From assembly GCA_040954595.2 (NCBI GenBank), contig JBECUI020000024.1:248001-312000 (forward strand): a stretch of DNA of 64,000 bases. The letters are read 5' to 3'. The notes below the pieces were generated by a model. It searched no databases, was not told the origin of the DNA, and worked only from the letters and a program-made list of their open reading frames with translations. The DNA comes from Balanoglossus misakiensis. Its lineage: Eukaryota > Animalia > Hemichordata. Shown here in pieces: positions 26,187-37,475 of this stretch (within the stretch, counting starts at the first letter, position 1; each line of letters starts with the position of its first letter). The translations under genes and the position numbers were made by a program.

Positions 26187-27129
26187 TCAGAGAAATTCTG
26201 GACCTTCGAACCACAGTTTGGACTTCGCTTTGGCGGCATTCAAGGTAATACCTCGGGAGGCACAATCAGCTGGATTGAGTTGTGAAGGAACATGATGCCA
26301 TTGTGACGGTAGTGTTGCATCGTGTATTAGTTGTAGGCGGTTGGCTACAAAGGTCTTGAAGCGTCTTGTTGAGCTGCAGATATATTGTATAACAATGGTA
26401 GAGTCTGTCCAGAATCGCTCTCGATGGATAGGAAATTGAAGTTCTTGTTTTATCTGTTTGCTGACTTTAACGGCCACTGTTGCTGCTGTCAATTCCAATC
26501 TTGGTACTGTAATGGTCTTCAGTGGAGCAACTCTAGATTTGCCAGTCACGAGGCTGCAGTGAAAGTTACCACCTTTGTCAATAAACCGTAGGTAGGAAAC
26601 AACCCCATATCCTTCCGTTGAAGCATCGCAGAAATGATGAATTTCTATAGATTGTGGCTGGCCAAAACCTGGAGGTGTGTAACACCGTGGAATTACCATG
26701 GCTTTTAACATCGGTAACTTCTGTAACCATTCACGCCAAACAACTAGATATTTCACTGGTATGGCTTCATCCCATCCACATCCTTCTTTGCATAATTCTT
26801 GTAATATGCGCTTAGCCGGCAATACAAATGGTGCAACAAATCCTAGTGGGTCGTACACAGATGCTACAACTGAGAGAATCCCTCTTCGAGTTTCACTTTT
26901 ACTTTCCTTGCCAACTCTGAAGCTCATAGTATCTTCTTGAATGTCCCATTGTACACCAAGAGCTCTGTCAACTGGTAAGTCTTCCAGGTCTAAATTCATC
27001 ACAGATGGCGCCCTTTCTTCTGACGGGATGGAGGACAATACTTCTGTGCAATTAGAAATCCATTTGGTCAGATGAAATCCACCATTAGACAAAAGAGCTG
27101 AAACTTCAGTGATGAGTCTCTTGGCTGTG
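26187..27129 (-). pseudogene. Outer BEL/Pao RT C-terminus and RNase H region
   Basis: GGFHLTKW, YDPLGFVAPF, HHFCDAS, KSRVAP..TVPRLEL, FWTDS, NPADCASRG. Confidence 0.92.
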
Positions 27130-27482
27130 TATCGTAAAGTTTGGGAAAAGGAAATATCTTTGTTGATTTTACATGTTGTTTTCTCGTATTTGTAGTGCTT
27201 GAGCTTGATGCAAAAACCGGATTTGGTTGAGTTTTAATTTATGCATTACCGGTGAAACTGACGTCAAATGTAGCAAAATCCTACGGTTTGAGCCAATCAG
27301 TGCTCATGGGTTTCCCGCGTCCGATGGACTATTTTGGGAGCTGACATTCTGGAATTTTCGAGTTCAGTGTTGTTTTGAAAACTCTGCGAGTCGCACGCAT
27401 CGCAGTACTGTTCTGTACCAGTTCGTGCTTTCACGGAAGTCCGATATAAAGAGCTTTGCTCAATAAATTCACCCCCACAATA
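27130..27482 (+). repeat. 5' LTR of inner BEL/Pao (TATCG...CAATA)
   Basis: Matches 33360-33712; AATAAA near the 3' end; followed by a PBS. Confidence 0.96.
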
Positions 27483-27485
27483 TTT

Positions 27486-27503
27486 TGGTGCCGAGACCAG
27501 GAT
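27486..27503 (+). promoter_or_regulatory. Primer-binding site, most like tRNA-His
   Basis: TGGTGCCGAGACCAGGAT begins 4 nt after the LTR. Resembles the complement of tRNA-His 3' ends (TGGTGCCGTGAC...); tRNA-Phe type (TGGTGCCGAAAC) is an alternative. Confidence 0.75.
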
Positions 27504-27516
27504 ATCGGATTCCGTG

Positions 27517-30500
27517 ATGTCTATCAACGCCGAGCAACCAGCGGTTCAAAACCCTCTTCCCGATCTCAAGAAACGAAGAACAGTGTGCCGATCGCAACTT
27601 ACGAAGGCTTTCAACAAAGCAGAAGGAGAAATCGCGCAATACAACGATTCAAACGATGAGGCCGACAAGTCACAAGTCTACGCTACAATCAAAGCAACCT
27701 ACGCTCTCGTCCTGACGAGATATTCGCGACTCGCAGCCATCGACGAACAGATTTTCAACAACACTCCAGATCCCGAAACCGATAGAGATGTCGAAGAAAC
27801 TGGCGACTACGAAGTTACAATTTCAGAGAGAAAAGAACTCATCGGACAGTTTATCGAAACTCATCAACATGATTTCACTACAATTCGAAACGCAGCTGTT
27901 TCTACGGCCGAATCTACGCGGCCAGTCGTCGCCCAACGAAAAACGGTTCAACTACCCAAACTCGAGCTCCAAACTTTCGCAGGGAACACACTGAAATGGG
28001 TAAGCTTCATGGATACTTTCAACGCATCTGTTCATCAGGACAGTTCACTTTCTAACGTTCAAAAGTTCACGTACCTACGAAGTCTCGTAACGGACGAGGC
28101 AGCACGCTCCATTGAAGGACTCGAACTTACCGAGGCAAATTATGCCAACGCCATAGCAATTTTGAAGGAAAGATACGGTCAAACGCAAACGATCATCAGC
28201 GCTCACATGAAAGCTCTGTGGGAACTGCCCACCCCGACTGCTGATGTAACAAGTCTACGTCAATTCTACGATACACTCGAATCCCACGTACGCGGTCTAG
28301 ACGCTCTGGGAGAGAAAGAAACTTCATATGGGAAACTACTGATACCCATGATACTGGAAAAACTACCCACAGAGGTACAGCAAATACTGGCTCGTTCTCG
28401 CGGAGAAGTTCCCTGGGACTTGCCCGATCTCCGCAAAGCCGTCCTATGTGAAATAAGGGCCAGATCTGTAGGCAACGACAGTGATGTCCATCGCCACCCG
28501 GCAACCATCGCCACCTTTCATTCCAATTCTACGACTCGAGGGCAGAGATTTTCTCGGTCACCAAATCAGCAACGTCCCTGCGTCTACTGCAAAGGAACTC
28601 ATTCACCAAACGATTGCACAGTTGTATCTGATGCTAAGTCACGTATGGAGATTGTACGCCGAGACAAACTTTGCTATAACTGTCTGGGAAAACATGTAGT
28701 CGGAAAATGCATTTCCAAATACTCGTGCAGACACTGTCAACGCAAACATCATACTTCGCTACATCAAACTGACTTTGTTCGCAACAATAGAGCCGGAAAC
28801 CAAACCGAGTCCCGCAGTGAAAATGGCCGTCAAACTGAACGAAACAAGGGACACAAAGTGAACAATTCCGCAAATGACAGGGAACGACGATCATCAACGT
28901 CAGAAAATACACAGGTACACTTCTCATCCGGGAGTAGTGCACTGACCGGTCCGGTACTATTGAAAACTGCTAAAATCCCAGTCTCCGCAAACAACGGAAC
29001 TGTCATCAACGCCACAGTACTTTTCGATGAAGGGGCGAACCGTACATTCGTAACAGAAAGTTTCGCCGATCGCGTTCGCGCCAATATTTCACGCTCAGAA
29101 TCGCTCAATCTCGCCGCCTTCGGAAATAAACACACACGCATGCGTTCCATGAAGAAAGGGACTTTCGACCTCCACACCATAGCTGGTAACAAATTACCAA
29201 TTGACGCGCTCCTGATTCCCGAAATTTCCACGGGCCTCAAAAATCATGTTGATCCGTATCTGCTGACATTACCGTACTTGCAGGGCCTCCGTTTGGCCCA
29301 CCCTGTCTCGAACGACGGGTGCTACGATATTGATATTCTCATAGGCGCGGATTATTACTGGAGTTTCGTAGGAAACGAAATTATCCGCGGTCAAGGTCCT
29401 ACCGCCGTTAGTTCGCCATTCGGCTACTTACTCTCCGGCCCAAAACTGACAGGGAAATCTACTGCCGCCGCAAACGTATTTCATGTCATTACGGACACTT
29501 TGAATGACAACGCGATAACTTCATATTGGGACTTAGAGTCCATCGGCATAAAAGACAACGTATCGCGAACCGACACCGAGCTCACCAAAGAAGCCGAATT
29601 CGAAGCATATAGAGATACGCATCTTCGTCGCGAGGACAATCACTTCGTCGCCAAGTTACCATGGAAACCGGACCATGATCCGCTACCTACTAACTTTCGT
29701 GTTGCTAGTAATAGAACACGCGCAATGATACGCAGACTTCCTTCGGACATTCTAACTATATACGATAAAGTCATCGCCGAGCAAGAAAAACAGGGTTTCA
29801 TTGAACGCGTCGAAAACGACAACCCTGAACGTGGTCACTACCTGCCGCATAGACACGTCAAAAAGGACTCCGCGACCACACCCATCCGTATCGTCTACGA
29901 TTGTAGTTGCAAAGGCGACAACACGTCTCCAAGCCTGAACGATTGTTTGTTAACAGGACCGCCGTTATTGAACGATTTAACGTCCATTCTACTGCGCTTC
30001 AGAGCAAATCCGATCGCAATCGCTAGCGATATCGAGAAGGCATTCCTTCAAATACGACTTGAACCACACGACAGAAAGTTCACAAAGTTCTTGTGGCTTT
30101 CAAACGCGAGTGACTTGGAAAGTGAATTCGTCACATTTCAGTTCAAATCGGTTTTATTCGGAGCGGTTTGTAGCCCATTCATACTCAACGCCGTTGTAAA
30201 GACGCAGCTAGAAGCTAATCCGGAAATTCCCGCCGCCTCGGACTTGAAACGAGATATTTACGTTGATGATGTAATCAGTGGATGCGCTTCTGAAACTGAA
30301 GCCAAAACATACTACGCGGAATCCAACAAACTCATGGATTCTTGTGGTTTCAACTTGCGTTCGTGGTCATCGAACAATGACTCTGTGCGTACACTTGCTG
30401 AGAATGACAACAAACTAAATCCGTCACCGCGTGTAAATACTCTCGGAATGCAATGGAACACAGAAAATGATACGCTTACGTACAAAGATATCGCTGATAA

Positions 30501-31341
30501 ATCCCCAAACGTGCTACCCACTAAACGCGACGTGGTCAGTCACACCGCGTCACTGTATGACCCGCTGGGTCTACTTTCACCCGTGCATGTCAAAGCAAAA
30601 CTACTCATCCAAGAAATATGGAAAGCCGATGTACATTGGGATGAGCCCCTCGAGGAAACCATATCAAACGCATGGTGTACAATCGCTGATAATTTGAATC
30701 AAAGCGCCAATACTACATTGAACCGGCAATATTTTCCTGAGACTGCCAAGCCAGTCAATACCGACTGCGAACTACACGTTTTCGCTGACGCTTCAATGAA
30801 AGCTTACGGTGCTGTTGTTTACCTAAAGAAAGATAACGAAACCGCACTTGTCATGGCTAAAAACCGCGTGGCTCCAATCAACAACAAGACACTGACTTTG
30901 CCCAGATTGGAGCTGATGGCCGCTGTTATCGCCACTCGACTGAGTAAATTCGTGTGCGACGCGCTGTCTTCAAAATACAACTTCACAAAACGCGTTCTTT
31001 GGTCAGATTCGCAGATCGTACTACATTGGATAAATAGCGATAAAAAGCTGCCTATCTTCACAGCAAACAGAGTGAAGGAAATAAAAGATTTCCCACACGA
31101 CTACAAATACTGTCCAACCGCCTACAATCCCGCTGATCTTCTTACACGCGGAATTTCTGCTGAAGAGCTGAATAAGTCTGAACTCTGGTGGAAAGGACCA
31201 GAGTGGTTGCCAACGAAAGATAGTTGGCCTATCTGCCATCTGTTTGACTCCCCATTGTTCGAGGAACAAACTGATACAATCGCGAACTTTGGTGAGGTCA
31301 CGACTGAGGAAAACGATACTTCAGTCCACCACCATAGCTAG
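27517..31341 (+). CDS. Inner BEL/Pao Gag-protease-RT-RNase H polyprotein
   Basis: LPKLELQTFAG gag domain; three Cys/His knuckles (CVYCKGTH..C, CYNCLGKH..C, CRHCQRKHH); protease LFDEGA; RT YLPH/DIEKAFLQI/YVDD; RNase H FADAS/WSDS/NPADLLTRG. Confidence 0.93.
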   Translation: MSINAEQPAVQNPLPDLKKRRTVCRSQLTKAFNKAEGEIAQYNDSNDEADKSQVYATIKATYALVLTRYSRLAAIDEQIFNNTPDPETDRDVEETGDYEVTISERKELIGQFIETHQHDFTTIRNAAVSTAESTRPVVAQRKTVQLPKLELQTFAGNTLKWVSFMDTFNASVHQDSSLSNVQKFTYLRSLVTDEAARSIEGLELTEANYANAIAILKERYGQTQTIISAHMKALWELPTPTADVTSLRQFYDTLESHVRGLDALGEKETSYGKLLIPMILEKLPTEVQQILARSRGEVPWDLPDLRKAVLCEIRARSVGNDSDVHRHPATIATFHSNSTTRGQRFSRSPNQQRPCVYCKGTHSPNDCTVVSDAKSRMEIVRRDKLCYNCLGKHVVGKCISKYSCRHCQRKHHTSLHQTDFVRNNRAGNQTESRSENGRQTERNKGHKVNNSANDRERRSSTSENTQVHFSSGSSALTGPVLLKTAKIPVSANNGTVINATVLFDEGANRTFVTESFADRVRANISRSESLNLAAFGNKHTRMRSMKKGTFDLHTIAGNKLPIDALLIPEISTGLKNHVDPYLLTLPYLQGLRLAHPVSNDGCYDIDILIGADYYWSFVGNEIIRGQGPTAVSSPFGYLLSGPKLTGKSTAAANVFHVITDTLNDNAITSYWDLESIGIKDNVSRTDTELTKEAEFEAYRDTHLRREDNHFVAKLPWKPDHDPLPTNFRVASNRTRAMIRRLPSDILTIYDKVIAEQEKQGFIERVENDNPERGHYLPHRHVKKDSATTPIRIVYDCSCKGDNTSPSLNDCLLTGPPLLNDLTSILLRFRANPIAIASDIEKAFLQIRLEPHDRKFTKFLWLSNASDLESEFVTFQFKSVLFGAVCSPFILNAVVKTQLEANPEIPAASDLKRDIYVDDVISGCASETEAKTYYAESNKLMDSCGFNLRSWSSNNDSVRTLAENDNKLNPSPRVNTLGMQWNTENDTLTYKDIADKSPNVLPTKRDVVSHTASLYDPLGLLSPVHVKAKLLIQEIWKADVHWDEPLEETISNAWCTIADNLNQSANTTLNRQYFPETAKPVNTDCELHVFADASMKAYGAVVYLKKDNETALVMAKNRVAPINNKTLTLPRLELMAAVIATRLSKFVCDALSSKYNFTKRVLWSDSQIVLHWINSDKKLPIFTANRVKEIKDFPHDYKYCPTAYNPADLLTRGISAEELNKSELWWKGPEWLPTKDSWPICHLFDSPLFEEQTDTIANFGEVTTEENDTSVHHHS

Positions 31342-33172
31342 TCTACCCTCCGAAGGGGTACGTTCTGTATTGCCTGCTGTCAACGATGACTACGCCGTTC
31401 ATCGCGACCTGCCGCACAATGAACCGTACACACGCGAGTCTCCACAAATATATTCGCCGTCAGAAATTGTCGCACCGAGCGAGATTCCCGTTGGAATTCA
31501 ACATGCTATTGACGCATCGAACTACAGTTCTCTAAACAAACTCCTTCGAGTTACTGCATATGTTCGCCGCTTTGTGTCTATACTGAAACACAGAAGCGAT
31601 GTACCGCGCGGACAGATCACAGCTGACGAGATCAATGAATCAGAAATCATATGGATCAAAGAAATCCAGAGCGACACATACCGCGATACCATAAATTCGC
31701 TACGTGGTCAAAACAAGAAATACGGTCCGTTAGTAAGACAGCTGAAACTTTTCATCGATGATGACGAAATTCTACGCTGCGGGGGACGCATACATAACGC
31801 ACCGGTAAATTTCGCCACCAAGTTCCCCATCCTACTGCCCAATGGTCATCATTTTACCGATCTGATTATTCGACATGATCATATCCGTCTCAAACACGGT
31901 GGAACTCAATCCGTCATCACGTCACTACGACAACGCTACTGGATACCGCGGATTCGACGCGCAGTGAAGTCTATCGCGCGCAAATGTGTAATTTGTCGAC
32001 GGGTTGATGGCAAACCGTATCAAAAGCCATTAACTGCACCATTACCGGACTATCGTGTAAACATGGTGCCACCGTTCACGGTAACGGGAGTTGATTTCAC
32101 AGGAGCCTTATTCGTCAAAACAACAGACAGGAAAGAAATGAAATGTTACGTGTGCTTGTTTACATGCGCAGTAACACGTGCAGTCCATCTTGAACTTGTG
32201 CCAGACCTGAGCACTCACTCCTTTATGATGGCATTTCGACGTTTCGCAGCACGGCGATCTCTACCTACGAAAATGTTATCGGACAATGCTTCAACATATC
32301 TTTCTGCTGCTGACGAACTCCGTGATTTATTCGAGTCAGCTGAAGTCAAGAAAGAACTTTCTGAACATCGCGTCACTTGGACCTTCATACCAAAACGCGC
32401 ACCCTGGTATGGTGGGTTTTGGGAACGTTTAATTGGCCTGACGAAGACCGCGATCAAAAAAGTACTAGGTCGCTCGTTTATCACGTTCGAAGAACTACGC
32501 ACACTTCTCGCGGAAATTGAAGCGACACTCAATGATCGACCTTTGACCTATGTGTCTACAACTGAGGATGACCCGATTGCCTTGACTCCGTCACATCTAC
32601 TGAACGGTCGACCATTAACGCCTCTACCGAACTTACCTGTGGACCTTGATGAATACAATGATCCATCATATGGAAACCACAACACACTCAATGAGCGACA
32701 CCGTCATTTGTGTCATCTTCTGTCTGACTTTTGGAAGAGATGGTCTACCGAATACCTCACCGCCCTCAGAGAGCGACATCAACTGACTGCCACTGGTACA
32801 AAAACCAATTCTATTCAGGTTGGTGACATAGTACTTGTACACAGTGATGTGGACAAACGAATGAAATGGAGAATGGCCAAAGTTCTCAAACTTTATTACG
32901 GGAACGATGGTCTGGTAAGATCTGCAGAAATCAAGACATCATCGGGTAAAACCAATCGACCAATCCAGAAACTTTACCCGCTGGAGGTGCAGTCACCCAA
33001 CTGTGAGGAAACTACGGACGATCGTCCTGAACACGACGTTCCTGCGTTCACTCAAGGAGGAGTGGATCGCGAAGACACAACGCAACCAGACGACCATCGA
33101 AGTGTTCGTCCAAAACGGAAAACAGCCATCGCTGCCCGACAACTGATCCAGAGTTGTATCAAGGACTTATGA
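31244..33172 (+). CDS. Inner BEL/Pao integrase, in +1 frame relative to the upstream ORF
   Basis: HHCC motif (HDHIRLKH...CVIC), GVDFTG, SDNAST, GGFWERL, FWKRWSTEYL, RPIQKLYPLE. Confidence 0.9.
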   Translation: MTPHCSRNKLIQSRTLVRSRLRKTILQSTTIASLPSEGVRSVLPAVNDDYAVHRDLPHNEPYTRESPQIYSPSEIVAPSEIPVGIQHAIDASNYSSLNKLLRVTAYVRRFVSILKHRSDVPRGQITADEINESEIIWIKEIQSDTYRDTINSLRGQNKKYGPLVRQLKLFIDDDEILRCGGRIHNAPVNFATKFPILLPNGHHFTDLIIRHDHIRLKHGGTQSVITSLRQRYWIPRIRRAVKSIARKCVICRRVDGKPYQKPLTAPLPDYRVNMVPPFTVTGVDFTGALFVKTTDRKEMKCYVCLFTCAVTRAVHLELVPDLSTHSFMMAFRRFAARRSLPTKMLSDNASTYLSAADELRDLFESAEVKKELSEHRVTWTFIPKRAPWYGGFWERLIGLTKTAIKKVLGRSFITFEELRTLLAEIEATLNDRPLTYVSTTEDDPIALTPSHLLNGRPLTPLPNLPVDLDEYNDPSYGNHNTLNERHRHLCHLLSDFWKRWSTEYLTALRERHQLTATGTKTNSIQVGDIVLVHSDVDKRMKWRMAKVLKLYYGNDGLVRSAEIKTSSGKTNRPIQKLYPLEVQSPNCEETTDDRPEHDVPAFTQGGVDREDTTQPDDHRSVRPKRKTAIAARQLIQSCIKDL

Positions 33173-33344
33173 ACAATCTGGACGATTCTATGACATTGAA
33201 CATTAGTGTCAGAACTTTTCGCACATTTTTTGCTGTGTTTGTTTCAGTGTTAGATTTCGACAACTTTTCCCATCGATATTCATTCGACGATTTCGTACAT
33301 TGACTCTTGCCTGTTAAAATGACTTTCAGTCGGATTTTCACTTT

Positions 33345-33359
33345 GGGCCCGCCGGAGAA
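33345..33359 (+). promoter_or_regulatory. Polypurine-tract region of inner BEL/Pao
   Basis: gggcccgccggagaa immediately precedes the 3' LTR. Confidence 0.6.
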
Positions 33360-33712
33360 TATCGTAAAGTTTGGGAAAAGGAAATATCTTTGTTGATTTT
33401 ACATGTTGTTTTCTCGTATTTGTAGTGCTTGAGCTTGATGCAAAAACCGGATTTGGTTGAGTTTTAATTTATGCATTACCGGTGAAACTGACGTCAAATG
33501 TAGCAAAATCCTACGGTTTGAGCCAATCAGTGCTCATGGGTTTCCCGCGTCCGATGGACTATTTTGGGAGCTGACATTCTGGAATTTTCGAGTTCAGTGT
33601 TGTTTTGAAAACTCTGCGAGTCGCACGCATCGCAGTACTGTTCTGTACCAGTTCGTGCTTTCACGGAAGTCCGATATAAAGAGCTTTGCTCAATAAATTC
33701 ACCCCCACAATA
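33360..33712 (+). repeat. 3' LTR of inner BEL/Pao
   Basis: Matches 27130-27482; followed by the TSD ctgtg. Confidence 0.96.
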
Positions 33713-36700
33713 CTGTGTCCACGGCAAGTACTGATTTTAAGAAATCATCCACGTAGAAATTTCTGTAGACAGCATCTATGATGTCCGAGTCGAAGTTACT
33801 TCTATTGTCATCAGCTGTTCTCCGGAGGGCGTATGCTGAACAACTAGGTGATGATGTCGCGCCAAACAAATGAACAAGCATTTGATGATCGACGGGCTCC
33901 TTCGTGAGGTCACCGTTAGGCCACCATAGGAATCGCAGGACATCACAATCTTCGGGGTCGACATGAACTTGGTGAAACATTTGCTTGATATCAGCAACCA
34001 CTGCAACAGGATACTGACGGAACCGTAGCAAGACTCCAACCAAGGAATTGGTCAAATCCGGACCCTGCAGGAGTTGATCGTTCAGTGAAGTTCCTCCACA
34101 TTTGGCAGCACAATCGAAGACGACTCTCACCTTTTCTGGTTTCATGGGATGCGTCACCGGATGATGAGGTAGGTACCATAACCATCTATCGTCTTCTTTG
34201 TTTTCATCAGATACTTCTTTTGCATGACCTTGTACAATATAGTCTTGTATAGTTGTACTGTACTTTTCATGGAGATCTGGATCTTTAAGTAGACGTCTTT
34301 TGAGTAGGTTGAGTCGTTTCTCAGCTACATGCCTGTTATTTGGTAAGGCTGGTTCTTCAAATTTCCAAGGTAGCTTCAACTGATAGTGGCCATTTTGTAG
34401 ACGGACAGATCGATCCTTTATCGCCTTTGCCCTTCGGTCTTCTAATGACATGCATTCTTTAGTATCCACTAGATTTTCGTTGAAGTCGGCATTGTACATC
34501 CTTTCCAATTGTGATGAAATGGACTCCATACCTTTGATAGAAGTATCACTGTCGATGATCTGGTCCATATTGATAAAGTTGATTGATGAGTTGGTTTCTT
34601 TCTTTCCTTTCATCGGCCCAATCAACGTCCATCCAAGTAATGTTCGGATTGCGTATGGTTGTTTTCTCCCGGCACGTCTTTCCTCCAGGACCCAGTGTGC
34701 TTCTGGAATGTCGTTACCGATCAGGATTGTGACTTCCTTGTTCTGCAATTCTGGTAATTCAACATCCTTCAGATGAGACCATTCCTTCGTATCCTCTGCT
34801 GTTGGTATACTGTTTGCCGTTATGGGAAGTTTGTCCGTCGTCCATACCTTATCAAGATGAACACTTTGATTTCTATGTAGACCTCGTACATCTAATTTAA
34901 CTTCACGTCCATACTTCTTCGTTTCAGCATCAAGTGTGGAAAGTGTATATGTAATGGGTTGTCCACCCAAACCAAGTCTGTCTGCTAGAGATGAGAGACA
35001 TATTGTTGTGTCTGAACCATTGTCCAGGAATGCATAAGTTTCAATCTCTGCTCCTCCCTCCACTCCACTTACTCGGACTGGTACAACTTGTAGGCTGATA
35101 CGTGGCTTGTTTGTCCTGGTTGCTTTACAATGAACGGTGTTACCGGCCCCATTGGTTACTTCAGAATTCCCGTCACTTTTCTCGTCTTTATTCTTCCCAA
35201 GACGTGTTGTGGGTGGAGCTGGTCTACCACTTCCACTGGGATACACTTCATTTGACGACTGGCTAGGATGTGACGATACTGGGTGTAGTAATGGGTGGTG
35301 AAGTCTTCCACAGTCAGTTACTGGACAAAACAATCCACTTTTGCAGTTTTTAGCGAAGTGTCGAGGGGTTGCTTCCAGACAACAATCACAGAGGTTCTGT
35401 TTTCGCACAAACGTTTTCTTCTCCATGAACGACTTCCTGGCAAACTTCCGGCATCTCTGCAGTTGGTGTTGTCCTTGGCAGAAAAGACATCTAATTTCTC
35501 TCTTGGATTGGCAGTAGGGTTTGTCTTGCGTCTTGCCGTACATTTCATGACTTACTTGTGTGGTCAAAGTAGTAGCCTTGGTGAATTGTTTGACCCTGGA
35601 CTTTACGTCTCTCTCTGGTTCTGGTTTTGATCCAACCAACATCCCGAATCTTGTATTGGCCAAGGCTGCTCGCTTCTCCAAAAACGCTGTCAGATGGATG
35701 AATTCTGGTTCAATACCGGAGTAAATCATTCTTCCAGCTTCTTTTGCCCAATCTGCTTGTAGAAATGTAGGTAGGCGTCTCACTATCTTCTCCAATGTAT
35801 CCATGGAGTTCAGATCAGCGGTGTATTTCATTTGGCTGGAACACATATGACAATTATTCATGTCACGTGCCAACTGTAGCAACTTTGATGTGTCCGTGGC
35901 CTTGATCTGTGGTCCCTTGACGACTTTGTCTATAGTTGCATGGACGATCGTGTGTTTCTGGCCGAAATTCTGGTATAATATTTTCCTTGCTTCAGTGTAA
36001 CCTTGTTCTGGAGGTAGAATCACACAGTTCTTGATTGCTTCTTTGGCTGGTCCAGTGCAGTATTGGATGAGATAAGCCAATCTAGTGCCATCATCGGTTG
36101 TTCCCTTTACAATGTTTATCTCAAAATTTCTGGTGAACGTGGGGTACACTACTGGGTCACCATTAAACGATAGGAATTCCCGCTTCGGCAAATTCAAACT
36201 AGTTACAAGTGCTTGCCTGGCTTCACTCTGTTGTCTTATCATACTCTGTAGGATTTCGTGTTGCCCATCCCGCAATGGACTTGGTTCATTTCTATAAAGT
36301 TGTTCCCCAATATTGTGGTCCACGGGCTGCCATTCTGGTGCATTCGGATTTAATGCTGCCACATTGCCCTCCAACTGTTTCACATTTTCGGACAGCGGTC
36401 TCTCTTTAAGCAAAGTTGTTGTTGTGTTGAACTGGGAAACTTCTACTGGGGGACCACTCGACAATACATGGGGGTGATAATCTTGAAAAGACTGGAAATA
36501 CCTGTCAATCTTCTCACTTGGACTGGTCATCCTTGCTTCACTTGTATCAACAAAATATTCTTTGGAATGAAACGAAGTTCCCTCTTCTGCTAATTCAGCC
36601 TTCATTTCAGCCTGTTTTAACTTCTGTTGAACGTCTAGAATCTTCAATGTTGATTGCATCTTTATTTCTTCTTCTCGAAGTCGCAGATCACGAAGCTTGG

Positions 36701-37409
36701 CTTTGGCTTCTTCTTCTTGCTGTATCTTTTCAAGTTCAAGCTGGGTTTCCAATATCTTCCTTCTTGCAATTCTTGAAGCTCGACTTGCCTTTGAACTCGA
36801 TAAAGAACATATATTACTTGTCTGCCGGTTACCATTTCCCTAAGACGTTTGACTATGTGATTTCTTTTTTACAGATTTTACCTGGTCCTTGGTAGAGTGA
36901 CGTGAATTTTTGGAAGCCGCTGAACCGTTGACATCATCCTCTTGTGAAGCTGGTGGCACTTCTGGCTCCAACCCACGTGACGGAGTTGTTATCGTGATTC
37001 GATGAGACGAAATCCAGTTCTTCAGGCGTTGTTCCAGACACTCTTTTCTGTTAACTTCAGATTCGTGTTCAAGTCGTACACTTTCTTGTTCGGACCTTGA
37101 AAGATGTTTCTGATATTCATAACAAGTATTTGTATATGAAGTAAAAATCCTATCCAAGTCTTCTTTCTTTTTGGTAACTGCTTGGTAGTCAGGCGACGAC
37201 ATTAACATGGTCTCTACATCCATGTAAATACGTGTCATATGGCCGCGGTAAGCGATAATTGATCTCCTTAATTTGAGAACTAAATCAATCGGCTTACCGG
37301 CTTTTTCTTCTCTTGTTGAGCTAGCTGTTTTTGATGAACTGCTACTCTTGACGGAGACAGGGCCTGGTGCTGCTGGAACGTGGAACATCTCGTCGTTTCC
37401 AGTTGCCAT
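33713..37409 (-). pseudogene. Outer BEL/Pao Gag-protease-RT (N-terminal part), one in-frame TAG at 36840-36842
   Basis: ORFs 36840-37409 and 33699-36752 are in the same frame. Zinc knuckles CLFCQGQH..C, CDCC..H..C, CPVTDC..HH; protease FLDNGS; RT YLPHH, DIKQMFHQV, FGATSSP, FYVDD. Confidence 0.92.
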
Positions 37410-37475
37410 GACTTTCTAATGTATCTGCTAGTACACGGTTACACCAGGTTTCAGTCCAACGTCATCTGAGAACTA

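Larger units (their letters stand above)
27130..33712 (+). mobile_element. Inner full-length BEL/Pao LTR retrotransposon (6583 bp), very recent insertion
   Basis: Two 353-bp LTRs identical by eye, TSD CTGTG (27125-27129 and 33713-33717), PBS, PPT-like tract, complete gag-pol domain set. Confidence 0.97.

Noticed and set aside
27227-33727. Duplicated 79-aa ORF and its antisense ORFs at 27227 and 33457
   Set aside because: They lie within the identical LTRs; chance ORFs with non-ATG starts.
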